From NCBI GenBank assembly GCA_040381475.1, contig JBEIHH010000008.1:810-64809 (forward strand): 64,000 nucleotides of DNA, written 5' to 3'. The translations under genes and the position numbers were made by a program. The stretch is from Crocinitomicaceae bacterium. GTDB lineage: Bacteria; Bacteroidota; Bacteroidia; Flavobacteriales_D; Sanyastnellaceae. The notes beneath the pieces were generated by a model. That model saw only the letters and a list, made by a program, of their open reading frames with translations. It was not told where the DNA came from and searched no databases. Shown piece by piece: positions 37,560-47,085 of this stretch (position 1 is its first letter; each line of letters starts with the position of its first letter).

Positions 37560-37886
37560 CTACTTTCTTTTCTTCCTGAACCAACGTTTGTACCAGGGTA
37601 CGTCCTTTCCCCAAGAGTGTCTTTCTGCTTTCTTCAGGTTTTTTTTCATGCGCTTACGGGTCTCTTTTGTCTGAATGTCCTTGTGATGCTCTCTTCGCAA
37701 CTTGTCTTGTTCCTGCATTTTCTTTTGAGCCGCAGCTTCATCCTCGGCAGCCTTCTTTTGACCGTCCTCAGCAGTAATCTTGTTCCTTTCGCGTTCTTTC
37801 TGAGCCCAAATGGATTGCGAAAAAGTCGAAAGAAAAACTATCAGTAACAGATGTCGGATAATAGTCATGGCAGCAGAACGCATCAT
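37560..37886 (-). CDS. Small secreted Lys/Glu-rich protein
   Basis: 108 aa with a signal peptide followed by KERERNKITAEDGQKKAAEDEAAAQKKMQEQDKLRREHHKD...RWFRKKRK. ATGA overlap with the upstream gene. Confidence 0.5.
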   Translation of the reverse strand: MMRSAAMTIIRHLLLIVFLSTFSQSIWAQKERERNKITAEDGQKKAAEDEAAAQKKMQEQDKLRREHHKDIQTKETRKRMKKNLKKAERHSWGKDVPWYKRWFRKKRK

Positions 37887-38824
37887 TTATTGAATTCGTA
37901 TGAAAATTTTGTGATAATGATGTCGTGTGACTGAAGATCATGGTCCAGAAATGCTTCCACCAACATGGTTTTCGTGTAAAGAACTTCTATTTCACGGATC
38001 ATACTCTTGTCTTCGAAGTAATTCACTTTTTGGAGATTTCCCAGTTTATCATAGATGAAAGTCTGACTTTTAACCATGGCAGACATGTTGTCTTTTGTCT
38101 GAATAGCGGAAACCCAGCCTTGTTCATTGTAGGTGTATGACCGAGTTGTGGTCTTCCCGCTCATAATCAACTCTTCCGTTTCAGTTTCGATATAGCCCGC
38201 TTGATTTTTTGAAATGGTCCAATTTGAATAATGCAATCCGTAATTGTTGTAAACACTTTTATTGGTGATACCATTTTGCTGGTCCCGCCATGCGAATGAC
38301 TCAGAGTTGATGGTTATGACTTGACCCGGCATGAGTTTGCCAGAATTGGTAGAAATATTTTCTGCGGTGCCGTAGTCAAGCCTGATCAATTTACCCTGTT
38401 CATCGTAGTTGTAGTTGGTCGTGAAATAACCGCGATTCCCAGTCTCCTCTTTTTGATACACTTCTCCTATATCATTGCGGTGGTATCGAATGCTCAAACT
38501 ATCCACAAGGTTAAAAACAGAAGAAACTTTATCCATCTGTTGCAACAGCCCAACATCGTTGAATCGGTATACCACCAAATCAGGCCTCTGTTCTATAGGG
38601 CGGTTTGGGCGCTTGATGCTGATAACACCGGTAATGGATCTTATTTTATTCAGCCAAAGAAATTGCTGGCTGAAAAATATCTCTTCCCGGAATGCATTGC
38701 CATTTCGGTTGTCGATGATCTGTGCGCCGGCGTTCGGGCTGTCTGTAAAAGACATCAACACCATGAGGGCAGCCATATAAATAACACGGCTCAATGATGT
38801 CCTATTCAACAATTTTATTTTCAT
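37883..38824 (-). CDS. Hypothetical secreted protein with YD-repeat-like motifs
   Basis: Signal ...[11 protein letters not shown]. Contains [28 protein letters not shown] and [15 protein letters not shown]. Confidence 0.5.
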   Translation of the reverse strand: MKIKLLNRTSLSRVIYMAALMVLMSFTDSPNAGAQIIDNRNGNAFREEIFFSQQFLWLNKIRSITGVISIKRPNRPIEQRPDLVVYRFNDVGLLQQMDKVSSVFNLVDSLSIRYHRNDIGEVYQKEETGNRGYFTTNYNYDEQGKLIRLDYGTAENISTNSGKLMPGQVITINSESFAWRDQQNGITNKSVYNNYGLHYSNWTISKNQAGYIETETEELIMSGKTTTRSYTYNEQGWVSAIQTKDNMSAMVKSQTFIYDKLGNLQKVNYFEDKSMIREIEVLYTKTMLVEAFLDHDLQSHDIIITKFSYEFNK

Positions 38825-40814
38825 TGATAATTTTTATGGCCGCCTGCACAGTGTTCACAGGAGGAAAACACGAACGGCCGCTGCAAACATAAATAGTGGT
38901 GTTTGCTTTAAATCTGCCCTTCAGCAGAGGCAATTCACTATCCTTTGTTGATGCCGCTATCAGCGACTGTGGCAAGTATTGCTGATGTATGAATTGTAAT
39001 TCATTCCGAATATCGCTTCCGCAAATGGCAATTTCAAAATGAGGTAAACCAAGTCTGGCAAATAGAATTAACCAATTGCTATATCCCGAAGCCACTTCCA
39101 ACTGAGGCAAAACATTGCGAAGCATTTTGTCTGAAATTTCCGCATATCGGGCTTCACCTGTGAGGTGCGATAGCCTGAACAACGCATTGGCCATTGTGCT
39201 GTTGGATGAAGGAATTACGTTGTCCTGCACTTCTTGCTTGCGGGTCAACCACTCACTGCTTTTTGCTGTGAAAAAGAATAGGTGGTTGTCTTGATTAAAA
39301 AACTCGCGTATTGCGGAACTTACAATTCTATTCGATATGCCAATGTATTTTTCATCACCTGTAGCTTCGTACAGATCAATAGCTGCAGTTGCCATGAAAG
39401 CGTAGTCATCCAAAAAACCTTCAATCGATGGAATATCATGGGTTACCTGATGCCAAATTTTTTCATCATCACGAAATGTCTTTTCAAAAAGCACCTCAAA
39501 AGTTTCTTTCGCCAAATGAAGGTATTCTTCTTTCATTGATGAACGATAACAATCACAAATTCCGGAAATGAGCATGGCATTCCATGAAGTGATACACTTG
39601 TTGTCAAGGCCCGGTCTTATGCGCTCGTTCCTTTTACTCAAGAGCTTTTCGTTGATAACGGTTATCTTTATTTTGAGCTCAGCAAGAGGAATTTTTTCTA
39701 TGGTTGCAAACTCATCATCAGTCGTATTTCTAAGTAAAATATTCTGGCCATGCTCCCAAAATGCTTCATGATTTATCCGATAATATTTCAACGCAAGAGA
39801 AGCATCCTGCCCGAACAAATCTTCTATTTCCTTGTGTGTCCATGTATAGAATTTACCTTCCTCACCCTCACTATCGGCATCCAATGCAGAATAATACAAT
39901 CCATTAGAGGACTTCATTTCTCTGTTGAGCCAACCTAAAGTTTTTTCAATTGTTTCCAGAAACAGGTCTTCCGGTTGAAATCTGTGCGCATGCGCGTAAA
40001 CTGAAAGCAACTGTGCATTGTCATAGAGCATTTTCTCGAAATGCGGAACTTTCCACGAATGATCAACACTGTAACGGGAGAATCCGCCACCACATTGATC
40101 GAAAATCCCACCGAGGGCCATCTTACGCAATGTATTCAGGGCATGATCAATGGCGCCTTTGTCTTGCCGCACTGCTCCATAATGCAACAACAATTCGATA
40201 TTGTTTGGCATCGGGAACTTTGGTGCCCGGCGATTTCCGCCTTTGTCCAGATCCCAAAATTTTGACCAATGCTCCATTGCATTATCCAAAAACTCCGGAT
40301 CAAAAACACCATCATCTGTCTGATCAGGGATGATACTCAATTGTGTGATTCCTTCATGCAAACGACCCGCATAATCAACCACTTTTTGAAAATCATTCTT
40401 AAAAACATCATGAAGATTTTCAAGCACATTCAACCATTGTTGCTTTGGAAAATAGGTACCGCCATATACCGGACGACCATCAGGTAATGTAAAGACGTTT
40501 AACGGCCACCCCCCTTTTGATCCCATAAGATGGACCGCGTCCATATAAATACTGTCAATGTCCGGTCTTTCTTCACGATCCACTTTGATGCACACAAAAT
40601 GCATGTTCATGAATTCCGCACATTCATAATCCTCGAATATTTCGTGTTCCATAACGTGACACCAATGACAGGAACTGTAGCCAATGGAAACCAGAACGAG
40701 TTTGTTTTCTTCTCTGGCTTTTGCCCATGCTTCATCACTCCATGAGAACCAATTAACAGGATTTTCTTTATGTTGAAGCAGATATGGACTTGATTCACCT
40801 GAAAGTTTGTTCAT
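38802..40814 (-). CDS. Thioredoxin-domain protein YyaL (DUF255 plus six-hairpin glycosidase-like domain)
   Basis: [50 protein letters not shown]. Confidence 0.85.
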   Translation of the reverse strand: MNKLSGESSPYLLQHKENPVNWFSWSDEAWAKAREENKLVLVSIGYSSCHWCHVMEHEIFEDYECAEFMNMHFVCIKVDREERPDIDSIYMDAVHLMGSKGGWPLNVFTLPDGRPVYGGTYFPKQQWLNVLENLHDVFKNDFQKVVDYAGRLHEGITQLSIIPDQTDDGVFDPEFLDNAMEHWSKFWDLDKGGNRRAPKFPMPNNIELLLHYGAVRQDKGAIDHALNTLRKMALGGIFDQCGGGFSRYSVDHSWKVPHFEKMLYDNAQLLSVYAHAHRFQPEDLFLETIEKTLGWLNREMKSSNGLYYSALDADSEGEEGKFYTWTHKEIEDLFGQDASLALKYYRINHEAFWEHGQNILLRNTTDDEFATIEKIPLAELKIKITVINEKLLSKRNERIRPGLDNKCITSWNAMLISGICDCYRSSMKEEYLHLAKETFEVLFEKTFRDDEKIWHQVTHDIPSIEGFLDDYAFMATAAIDLYEATGDEKYIGISNRIVSSAIREFFNQDNHLFFFTAKSSEWLTRKQEVQDNVIPSSNSTMANALFRLSHLTGEARYAEISDKMLRNVLPQLEVASGYSNWLILFARLGLPHFEIAICGSDIRNELQFIHQQYLPQSLIAASTKDSELPLLKGRFKANTTIYVCSGRSCFPPVNTVQAAIKIINENKIVE

Positions 40815-40816
40815 AC

Positions 40817-42178
40817 TCAGTTATTATTCAGCTCCTGTAAAAGCTTGGAAATTTCTTCCTCCAGTTTGCTGCGCATCATCATTCTGCGCAAAATTTTACC
40901 GCTGCTGTCAACCGCCATGAAGGTAGGAGTACCGGAAACCGGAAATCGTTTACTGAAGTCTTTTCTGTTTTCATAGCTGAGATAAACATCAGACCAGGGT
41001 GAATTATTTGCAGTAGCCTGAATGCGCCAATCCGCCTCGTCTTTGTCTGTACCAATGCCATATATCGTCAATCCTTGTCCCGTGTACTTATCATATATTT
41101 TTCTCAGTTCGGGATAAAACTCCCGGCAATGACTGCAGGTGCCTTTCCAGAACATGATGATGGTCAGTTTATGATCACGGATCACTTCTTCAGAAGAAAT
41201 TTTTGTGCCTTTGAGATCAGGCAAATTGAGGAATTCAATTGTATTTCCGGGCTTACATTTTTCAAGAGCAACAAGTAAATTTCTGGTCGAATTATCGAGG
41301 TGATCGCTTTCCGTGCAATCACTCGAGTGCCATGTGATCAAATAGGACAGAGCAGCTTCATTCTTGTGATCGATCATTTTTTCGAGTAGAAATTTGAACA
41401 TCCAGGCTGTCATTTCTTCACTCACAAGTGCCTTTTTCATGAGCACGTCGATATATCTTTCTTCAAGACCTTCTGCCTTAAAATAATTGAATCCAATATT
41501 CAATCTTCGAATCATGGCGATATGATTCATAACAGTGGAGCGGTTCAATTGCCACCGTTCAAAAGCATTGAAATATTGAAAATGATAGAGGCTGTCAACA
41601 GGGTAGTCCGAAGGCGGCAATGGCAGAGGCATAATTCCGCACAATACTTCCGATGTATAAGTTCCTGGATATGTGTTCATAACCTGCCGGCACCTGGATG
41701 CCAGTTGCATTTCTTTGTCAATCATGGCTTTCTCATCACGCTTCAAAGAGTCAGGATTCAGGGTTACTTCGTTGAACATATCAGACAAGCTGGCATAAGC
41801 TTCATCCTCTTCTGATCCAGATATTTTTATTGCTTTACCGGAAAAAGCAGAATAATGTTGAACAACGCGAATTCCGTCGCGGGGTATTTTTTCAACGATT
41901 ACAATAAAATCGGCCCATTTTTTAGGGTCATTAGCGAATCTTAATCGGTACTGCCCTGATCTTTCAAAATTGATGGAAGCGATGAATTTGTTTCCGGACT
42001 GCGGTTTCAGGTTCGACACATTTTTCCAGCCATCCTCATGAAATGATTCCAACATGAGCTGACTTACCACCGGAGGAAGATCATTGATCTGAACTTCAAT
42101 TGGTGTCTGGGCTGAAATGCTCAACACTGCAGCCATTTGCACCAAAAACAAACAAAATGAACTTCTGATACCCAACAT
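40817..42178 (-). CDS. Secreted TlpA-like thiol:disulfide oxidoreductase with ~330-aa N-terminal domain
   Basis: Signal peptide. C-terminal Trx fold [21 protein letters not shown]...[15 protein letters not shown] with the CxxC intact. Confidence 0.75.
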   Translation of the reverse strand: MLGIRSSFCLFLVQMAAVLSISAQTPIEVQINDLPPVVSQLMLESFHEDGWKNVSNLKPQSGNKFIASINFERSGQYRLRFANDPKKWADFIVIVEKIPRDGIRVVQHYSAFSGKAIKISGSEEDEAYASLSDMFNEVTLNPDSLKRDEKAMIDKEMQLASRCRQVMNTYPGTYTSEVLCGIMPLPLPPSDYPVDSLYHFQYFNAFERWQLNRSTVMNHIAMIRRLNIGFNYFKAEGLEERYIDVLMKKALVSEEMTAWMFKFLLEKMIDHKNEAALSYLITWHSSDCTESDHLDNSTRNLLVALEKCKPGNTIEFLNLPDLKGTKISSEEVIRDHKLTIIMFWKGTCSHCREFYPELRKIYDKYTGQGLTIYGIGTDKDEADWRIQATANNSPWSDVYLSYENRKDFSKRFPVSGTPTFMAVDSSGKILRRMMMRSKLEEEISKLLQELNNN

Positions 42179-42265
42179 TTTTTTTCCTTATTGTGCAAAG
42201 GAACAACTATCAGACCAATTCATCATCATTTCTTGTTGAAGAAGAACAGAGTTAGTCCAAAGCAT

Positions 42266-42273
42266 TAACTTCG
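42266..42273 (+). promoter_or_regulatory. Putative -7 box (TAACTTCG), 21 nt before the glyA ATG
   Basis: Matches TAnnTTCG. Confidence 0.35.
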
Positions 42274-42294
42274 TGCGCTCAAATAAGTACAGTC

Positions 42295-43584
42295 ATGCAA
42301 GACACCAAAATTTTCGAGTTAATTCAGCGAGAGAAAAATCGCCAGCTGCAAGGAATAGAACTGATCGCATCAGAGAATTTCGTGAGTGATCAGGTGATGG
42401 CTGCAATGGGCAGTGAACTCACCAACAAATATGCGGAAGGACTTCCGGGTAGACGTTATTACGGCGGCTGCGAGGTAGTCGACGAAGTGGAGCAGCTGGC
42501 CATTGACCGTTTGTGTCAATTGTTTGGCGCAGTCTGGGCAAATGTTCAGCCTCATTCCGGAGCAAATGCGAACAGTGCAGTTATGCTCGCCTGTTTGAAA
42601 CCAGGCGACACGATTCTCGGTCTTGATCTTTCACAAGGAGGTCATTTAACCCATGGGTCTCCGGTCAATTATTCAGGTAAACTATACAGAGCAACCTTCT
42701 ACGGTGTCAATCGTGAAACGGGCAGAATAGATATGCAGTCGGTTGCTGAAATTGCTGAAAGAGAAAAACCAAAAATGATCATTTGCGGTGCTTCAGCATA
42801 TAGCCGTGACTGGGAATACGAAGCTTTCAGAAAAATTGCTGATCAAGTTGGCGCGATTCTGCTTGCTGACATCTCTCATCCGGCAGGCTTAATAGCCAAG
42901 GGATTGCTCAATGATCCGCTGAAACACTGCCATATCATAACCACAACAACGCACAAAACCCTGAGGGGACCGCGCGGCGGAGTGATCATGATGGGTAAAG
43001 ATTTTGAAAATCCATTTGGTATTAAAACTCCTAAAGGAGAATTGCGCATGATGACTTCTCTCCTGGATAGTGGTGTATTTCCGGGCATGCAGGGAGGACC
43101 CCTTGAGCACGTCATTGCGTCGAAGGCTGTGGCATTCGGCGAAGCACTGCAGCCTTCTTTCAGGCTTTATGGAGAGCAGGTCATCAGAAATGCTTCTGCT
43201 CTTGCTTCTGCACTTGTATCAAAAGGGTATCAGATTGTAAGCGGAGGAACGGACAATCATTGTTTCCTGATTGACCTGAGAAACAAAGGAATTACCGGCA
43301 AGGAGGCAGATGCCGCGCTCATGGCTGCTCACATCACAGTCAATAAAAACATGGTGCCATATGATGATAAATCACCCATGGTGACGAGTGGTATCCGAAT
43401 CGGAACTCCTGCAATTACTACAAGAGGACTGAAGGAAGTTGACATGGAAACTATTGCTTCATTGATTGACGAATCATTGATGAATCGTCAGGATTCTTCT
43501 GTTCTAAACAGTGTTGGCAAAAAAGTGAGTGAGATGATGCAGCAGTATCCTCTTTTTGCCATGTATGATACCATTTCAGCATAA
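42295..43584 (+). CDS. glyA: Serine hydroxymethyltransferase
   Basis: [37 protein letters not shown]...[14 protein letters not shown]. Confidence 0.95.
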   Translation: MQDTKIFELIQREKNRQLQGIELIASENFVSDQVMAAMGSELTNKYAEGLPGRRYYGGCEVVDEVEQLAIDRLCQLFGAVWANVQPHSGANANSAVMLACLKPGDTILGLDLSQGGHLTHGSPVNYSGKLYRATFYGVNRETGRIDMQSVAEIAEREKPKMIICGASAYSRDWEYEAFRKIADQVGAILLADISHPAGLIAKGLLNDPLKHCHIITTTTHKTLRGPRGGVIMMGKDFENPFGIKTPKGELRMMTSLLDSGVFPGMQGGPLEHVIASKAVAFGEALQPSFRLYGEQVIRNASALASALVSKGYQIVSGGTDNHCFLIDLRNKGITGKEADAALMAAHITVNKNMVPYDDKSPMVTSGIRIGTPAITTRGLKEVDMETIASLIDESLMNRQDSSVLNSVGKKVSEMMQQYPLFAMYDTISA

Positions 43585-43646
43585 GTTCTTCTGTTATCTT
43601 CTATGTTTGACAGATTCAATTTTGATATGATTTTCAGATTTTCGCT

Positions 43647-44951
43647 ATGATAGCTCAAATAGCATTTGCACTCATCCTTCTCGTTGCGATCTACTTTGCA
43701 TGGAAGCGTTTCGCATTCGTAAAACGAAATATTTTTCTTGGCAGAAAAACAGAAATTACCGGAAGCACCGGAGTGCGATGGAACACTATGTTTCGCGTAG
43801 CATTTGGTCAGGGAAAAATGTTCGACAAACCATTGGTCGCATTTCTGCACCTGATCATTTATGCAGGATTTATTATCATCAATGTTGAACTACTCGAAAT
43901 CGTAGCAGACGGGTTGTTCGGTTCACACAGGTTGTTTGCATTCATGGGAGGCTTCTACAATTTCCTGATTGCTTCCTTTGAAGTACTCGCATTGCTTGTT
44001 CTCCTTGCCTGCGTTGTTTTCCTTGTAAGAAGAAATATTCTTCGTCTCAAAAGATTTGTGATGCGCGAGATGACATCATGGCCGCGCACAGATGCCAACC
44101 TTATTTTGATCATTGAAATATTATTAATGTCAGCATTCCTGACCATGAATGCATCTGACTTCTTGCTACAATCAACTGGTACTGATCATTACATCCAGGC
44201 TGGCAGTTTCCCTGTTTCCGGTCTTATCGCTCCATTGATGAAAAATTTATCTGATGAGTCATTGATTTTCGTAGAGCGTTTTTGCTGGTGGTTTCATATC
44301 ATCGGAATACTTTTCTTTTTGGTATATGTAACCTATTCGAAACACCTTCATATCATTCTTGCATTTCCGAATACATATTACAGCAAACTTCAGCCGGCAG
44401 GAAGCATCAACAATCTTGCATCTGTAACAAACGAAGTAAAGTTGATGCTGGATCCTTCTGCTCAGGTTCAGCCCACTGAAGGTGCACCGCAAAAATTTGG
44501 TGCGCGGGATATTTTCGATCTGTCATGGGTTCAACTAATGAGTGCATACAGTTGCACAGAATGTGGCAGATGCACATCCGAATGTCCTGCCAACCAAACA
44601 GGTAAACTTCTTTCTCCGAGAAAAATCATGATGGATACCAGAGATAGACTTGAAGAAGTTGGCGGTGTTTGCGATAAGAATCATGGAGAATGGAAAGACG
44701 ACGGTAAATCATTGCTGCGTGATTATATAAGCGAAGAAGAATTGTGGGCATGCACCACATGTAACGCATGTACACAAGCATGTCCCATCAACATTAATCC
44801 AATGGAAATCATCGTTGATCTTCGCAGGTATCTGATCATGGAAGAAAGTAAATCGCCGGAAAGTATTACCGCGATGTTCAACAATATTGAAAACAATGGA
44901 GCGCCATGGGCAATGAGCGCAGCAGATCGTGCAAATTGGGCTAACTCCTAA
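43647..44951 (+). CDS. Membrane-anchored (Fe-S)-binding protein: N-terminal multi-TM domain plus 2x[4Fe-4S] ferredoxin motifs
   Basis: About 5-6 hydrophobic helices followed by CTECGRCTSECP and CTTCNACTQACP. Confidence 0.8.
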   Translation: MIAQIAFALILLVAIYFAWKRFAFVKRNIFLGRKTEITGSTGVRWNTMFRVAFGQGKMFDKPLVAFLHLIIYAGFIIINVELLEIVADGLFGSHRLFAFMGGFYNFLIASFEVLALLVLLACVVFLVRRNILRLKRFVMREMTSWPRTDANLILIIEILLMSAFLTMNASDFLLQSTGTDHYIQAGSFPVSGLIAPLMKNLSDESLIFVERFCWWFHIIGILFFLVYVTYSKHLHIILAFPNTYYSKLQPAGSINNLASVTNEVKLMLDPSAQVQPTEGAPQKFGARDIFDLSWVQLMSAYSCTECGRCTSECPANQTGKLLSPRKIMMDTRDRLEEVGGVCDKNHGEWKDDGKSLLRDYISEEELWACTTCNACTQACPININPMEIIVDLRRYLIMEESKSPESITAMFNNIENNGAPWAMSAADRANWANS

Positions 44952-44963
44952 CAAAAGAAAAAC

Positions 44964-45380
44964 ATGGTTGACTTATTGGACGTACAGGAAGATGGCAAAC
45001 GAGTTTCACCGGTCTTACCAGCGAGCATAAAAAATTTCCTGATAGACATCGATGGCACTATCGGTGAAGATATTCCGAATGAAGAACCTGAGCGCATGGA
45101 AGATGCGGGTGTTTATCCGGATGCTCTTCAAAAGTGTAATCAGTGGTACCATGAAGGACACATCATTTTCTTCTTTACATCCAGAACAGAAGCTCACCGG
45201 GAAATTACAGAGCGCTGGCTGAAGAAAAACGGATTCCTGTATCACGGAATTATTTTCGGTAAACCGCGCGGAGGAAACTATCACTGGATAGACAACCACC
45301 TTGTGCGCGCAACCCGTTTCGAAGGAAAATTTACAGATCTGGTTGAGAAAGAAATGGTAATTCAGGTTTTCAAGGATTGA
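44964..45380 (+). CDS. Small HAD-superfamily phosphatase-like protein
   Basis: FLIDIDGTIGEDIP (DxDGT motif I) ...IIFFFTSR (motif II-like) ...GKPRGG. 138 aa. Confidence 0.5.
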   Translation: MVDLLDVQEDGKRVSPVLPASIKNFLIDIDGTIGEDIPNEEPERMEDAGVYPDALQKCNQWYHEGHIIFFFTSRTEAHREITERWLKKNGFLYHGIIFGKPRGGNYHWIDNHLVRATRFEGKFTDLVEKEMVIQVFKD

Positions 45381-45400
45381 CAAAAAAGAATAATCAGAAC

Positions 45401-46192
45401 ATGTCAGAACTCAAAGTAAAAACAATGGCCGAATATCTCGCTGCAGGCGAGGTTCCTGAGATCTTATTCTGGGTGGGTTGTGCAGGCAGCTTCGATGACC
45501 GAGCCAAGAAAATCACAAAAGCTATTGCACGTATTTTGAATCATTGCAATATATCATGGGCAATTCTTGGTCAGGAAGAATCCTGCACAGGAGATCCTGC
45601 CAAACGCGCCGGCAATGAATTTCTTTTTCAGATGATGGCCATGCAGAATATTCAGGTTCTCAATGGGTATGAAGTAAAAAAGATTGTAACAGGTTGTCCT
45701 CATTGTTTCAATACGCTTAAAAATGAATACCCACAACTAGGCGGAAATTTTGATGTGATTCATCACACTCAACTCATCAACGATTTATTGAAAGAGGGAA
45801 AAATTACCATCAAGGGTGGAGGCACATATCAGGGCAAAAAAATTACATTTCATGATCCGTGTTATCTTGGTCGTGGTAACGATATTTATGAAGCTCCACG
45901 TGAAGTGCTCACTAAACTTGATGCAGAACTCACTGAAATGAAACGCAGCAGGCAACATGGTTTGTGTTGCGGTGCAGGTGGAGGACAAATGTTCAAAGAA
46001 GCAGAGCCTGGAAACAAAGAAGTGAATGTTGAGCGCACGGAAGATGCACTGGAAACTTCCGCGACAGTTATTGCAACGGGTTGTCCATTTTGCAATACCA
46101 TGATGACTGATGGTGTGAAACATTTCGAGAAAGAGAACTCAATTGTTGTGAAAGATGTTGCGGAACTCATTTCGGAGGCTGCAGATTTATAA
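45401..46192 (+). CDS. (Fe-S)-binding protein with two CCG (HdrB/HdrD C-terminal-like) domains
   Basis: WVGCAGSFD...TGCPHCFNTLK...HDPCYLGRGN...LCCGAGGG...TGCPFCNTMM. The ATG at 45401 is preferred; the alternative TTG at 45377 overlaps the upstream stop. Confidence 0.8.
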   Translation: MSELKVKTMAEYLAAGEVPEILFWVGCAGSFDDRAKKITKAIARILNHCNISWAILGQEESCTGDPAKRAGNEFLFQMMAMQNIQVLNGYEVKKIVTGCPHCFNTLKNEYPQLGGNFDVIHHTQLINDLLKEGKITIKGGGTYQGKKITFHDPCYLGRGNDIYEAPREVLTKLDAELTEMKRSRQHGLCCGAGGGQMFKEAEPGNKEVNVERTEDALETSATVIATGCPFCNTMMTDGVKHFEKENSIVVKDVAELISEAADL

Positions 46193-46220
46193 TTTGACCA
46201 AAACCAAACAGATTGATACA

Positions 46221-46967
46221 ATGAAACTACTAGACGGAAAAGTTGCTGTCATTACGGGAGCCTCGAGGGGTATCGGTAAGGGTATTGCAGAAAAATTTAT
46301 TGAGCACGGCGCCAAAGTCTTATTCACTTATGCAAGCAGCGAAGAAAAGGCGCGTGAGCTGGAAGCAGAGTTGTCAGCGCGAGGAGGAATAGCGAAAGGT
46401 TATAAAAGTGATGCTGCAGATTTTAATGCTGCACAGGCACTCATTGATGAAGTTGTAAAAGATTTCGGAACGGTAGATATTCTTGTGAATAATGCGGGAA
46501 TCACCAGAGACAATTTGCTCATGCGTATGTCCGAAGAACAATGGGATGAAATCATGCGCGTTAACCTAAAATCAGTATTCAATTTAACGAAAGCGGTTAT
46601 CAAACCAATGCTGAAAGCAAAAAGCGGAAGCATAGTAAATATGAGTTCTGTAGTTGGTGTAAAAGGAAATGCCGGCCAGGCAAATTATGCAGCAAGTAAA
46701 GCGGGAATCATTGGGTTTACTAAAAGTGTAGCTGCAGAGCTTGGTTCAAGAAATATCCGTTGCAATGCTATTGCTCCAGGGTTTATTGAAACTGAAATGA
46801 CAGGTGCATTGGATGAAAAAACTGTGCAGGAGTGGCGCAATAGTATTCCTCTCAAAAGAGGTGGAACTCCGGATGACGTGTCAAACGCAACTTTATTCCT
46901 TGCGTCTGACCTGAGCGGATATATCACAGGCCAGACACTCCACGTCTGTGGCGGCATGCTGATGTAA
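46221..46967 (+). CDS. fabG: 3-oxoacyl-ACP reductase
   Basis: LDGKVAVITGASRGIGKGIA...NNAGITRDNLLMRM...NMSSVVG..GNAGQANYAASKAG. The ATG at 46221 is preferred over 46155. Confidence 0.9.
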   Translation: MKLLDGKVAVITGASRGIGKGIAEKFIEHGAKVLFTYASSEEKARELEAELSARGGIAKGYKSDAADFNAAQALIDEVVKDFGTVDILVNNAGITRDNLLMRMSEEQWDEIMRVNLKSVFNLTKAVIKPMLKAKSGSIVNMSSVVGVKGNAGQANYAASKAGIIGFTKSVAAELGSRNIRCNAIAPGFIETEMTGALDEKTVQEWRNSIPLKRGGTPDDVSNATLFLASDLSGYITGQTLHVCGGMLM

Positions 46968-47085
46968 TCAAAATGTTTGTGAAAAAATGTTGGGGCGCGT
47001 GAAGTCATCTCGCGCCTTCATACTTTCGACAATTGAAAAATTATACTGGTAATTTGTTACCCTCAAATCTGAATGAATCACACGT

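Noticed and set aside
37533-37847. A 104-aa plus-strand ORF almost exactly antisense to the 108-aa minus-strand ORF.
   Set aside because: The plus-strand product is Leu/Phe/Ser-rich, which is the complement of the Lys/Glu codons. The minus-strand ORF has a signal peptide and an ATGA overlap with the upstream minus-strand gene, so it is the real one.
43633-43640. GATTTTCG 2 nt before the Fe-S gene ATG. Other one-mismatch -7-like boxes are GATATTTG before comA (52508-52515), TATAATTG 4 nt before the HupE gene, TTTCTTTG before the helicase and TTACTTCG before the adhesin.
   Set aside because: Each has a mismatch at a conserved position, and the 2-nt spacing at the Fe-S gene is too short for a TSS before the ATG. 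They are kept out of the feature list to avoid over-calling.
45015-45383. A 122-aa minus-strand ORF covering the HAD-like gene.
   Set aside because: The plus-strand frame carries a DxDGT HAD motif and sits in a co-directional operon. The antisense ORF has no motif and no promoter context.
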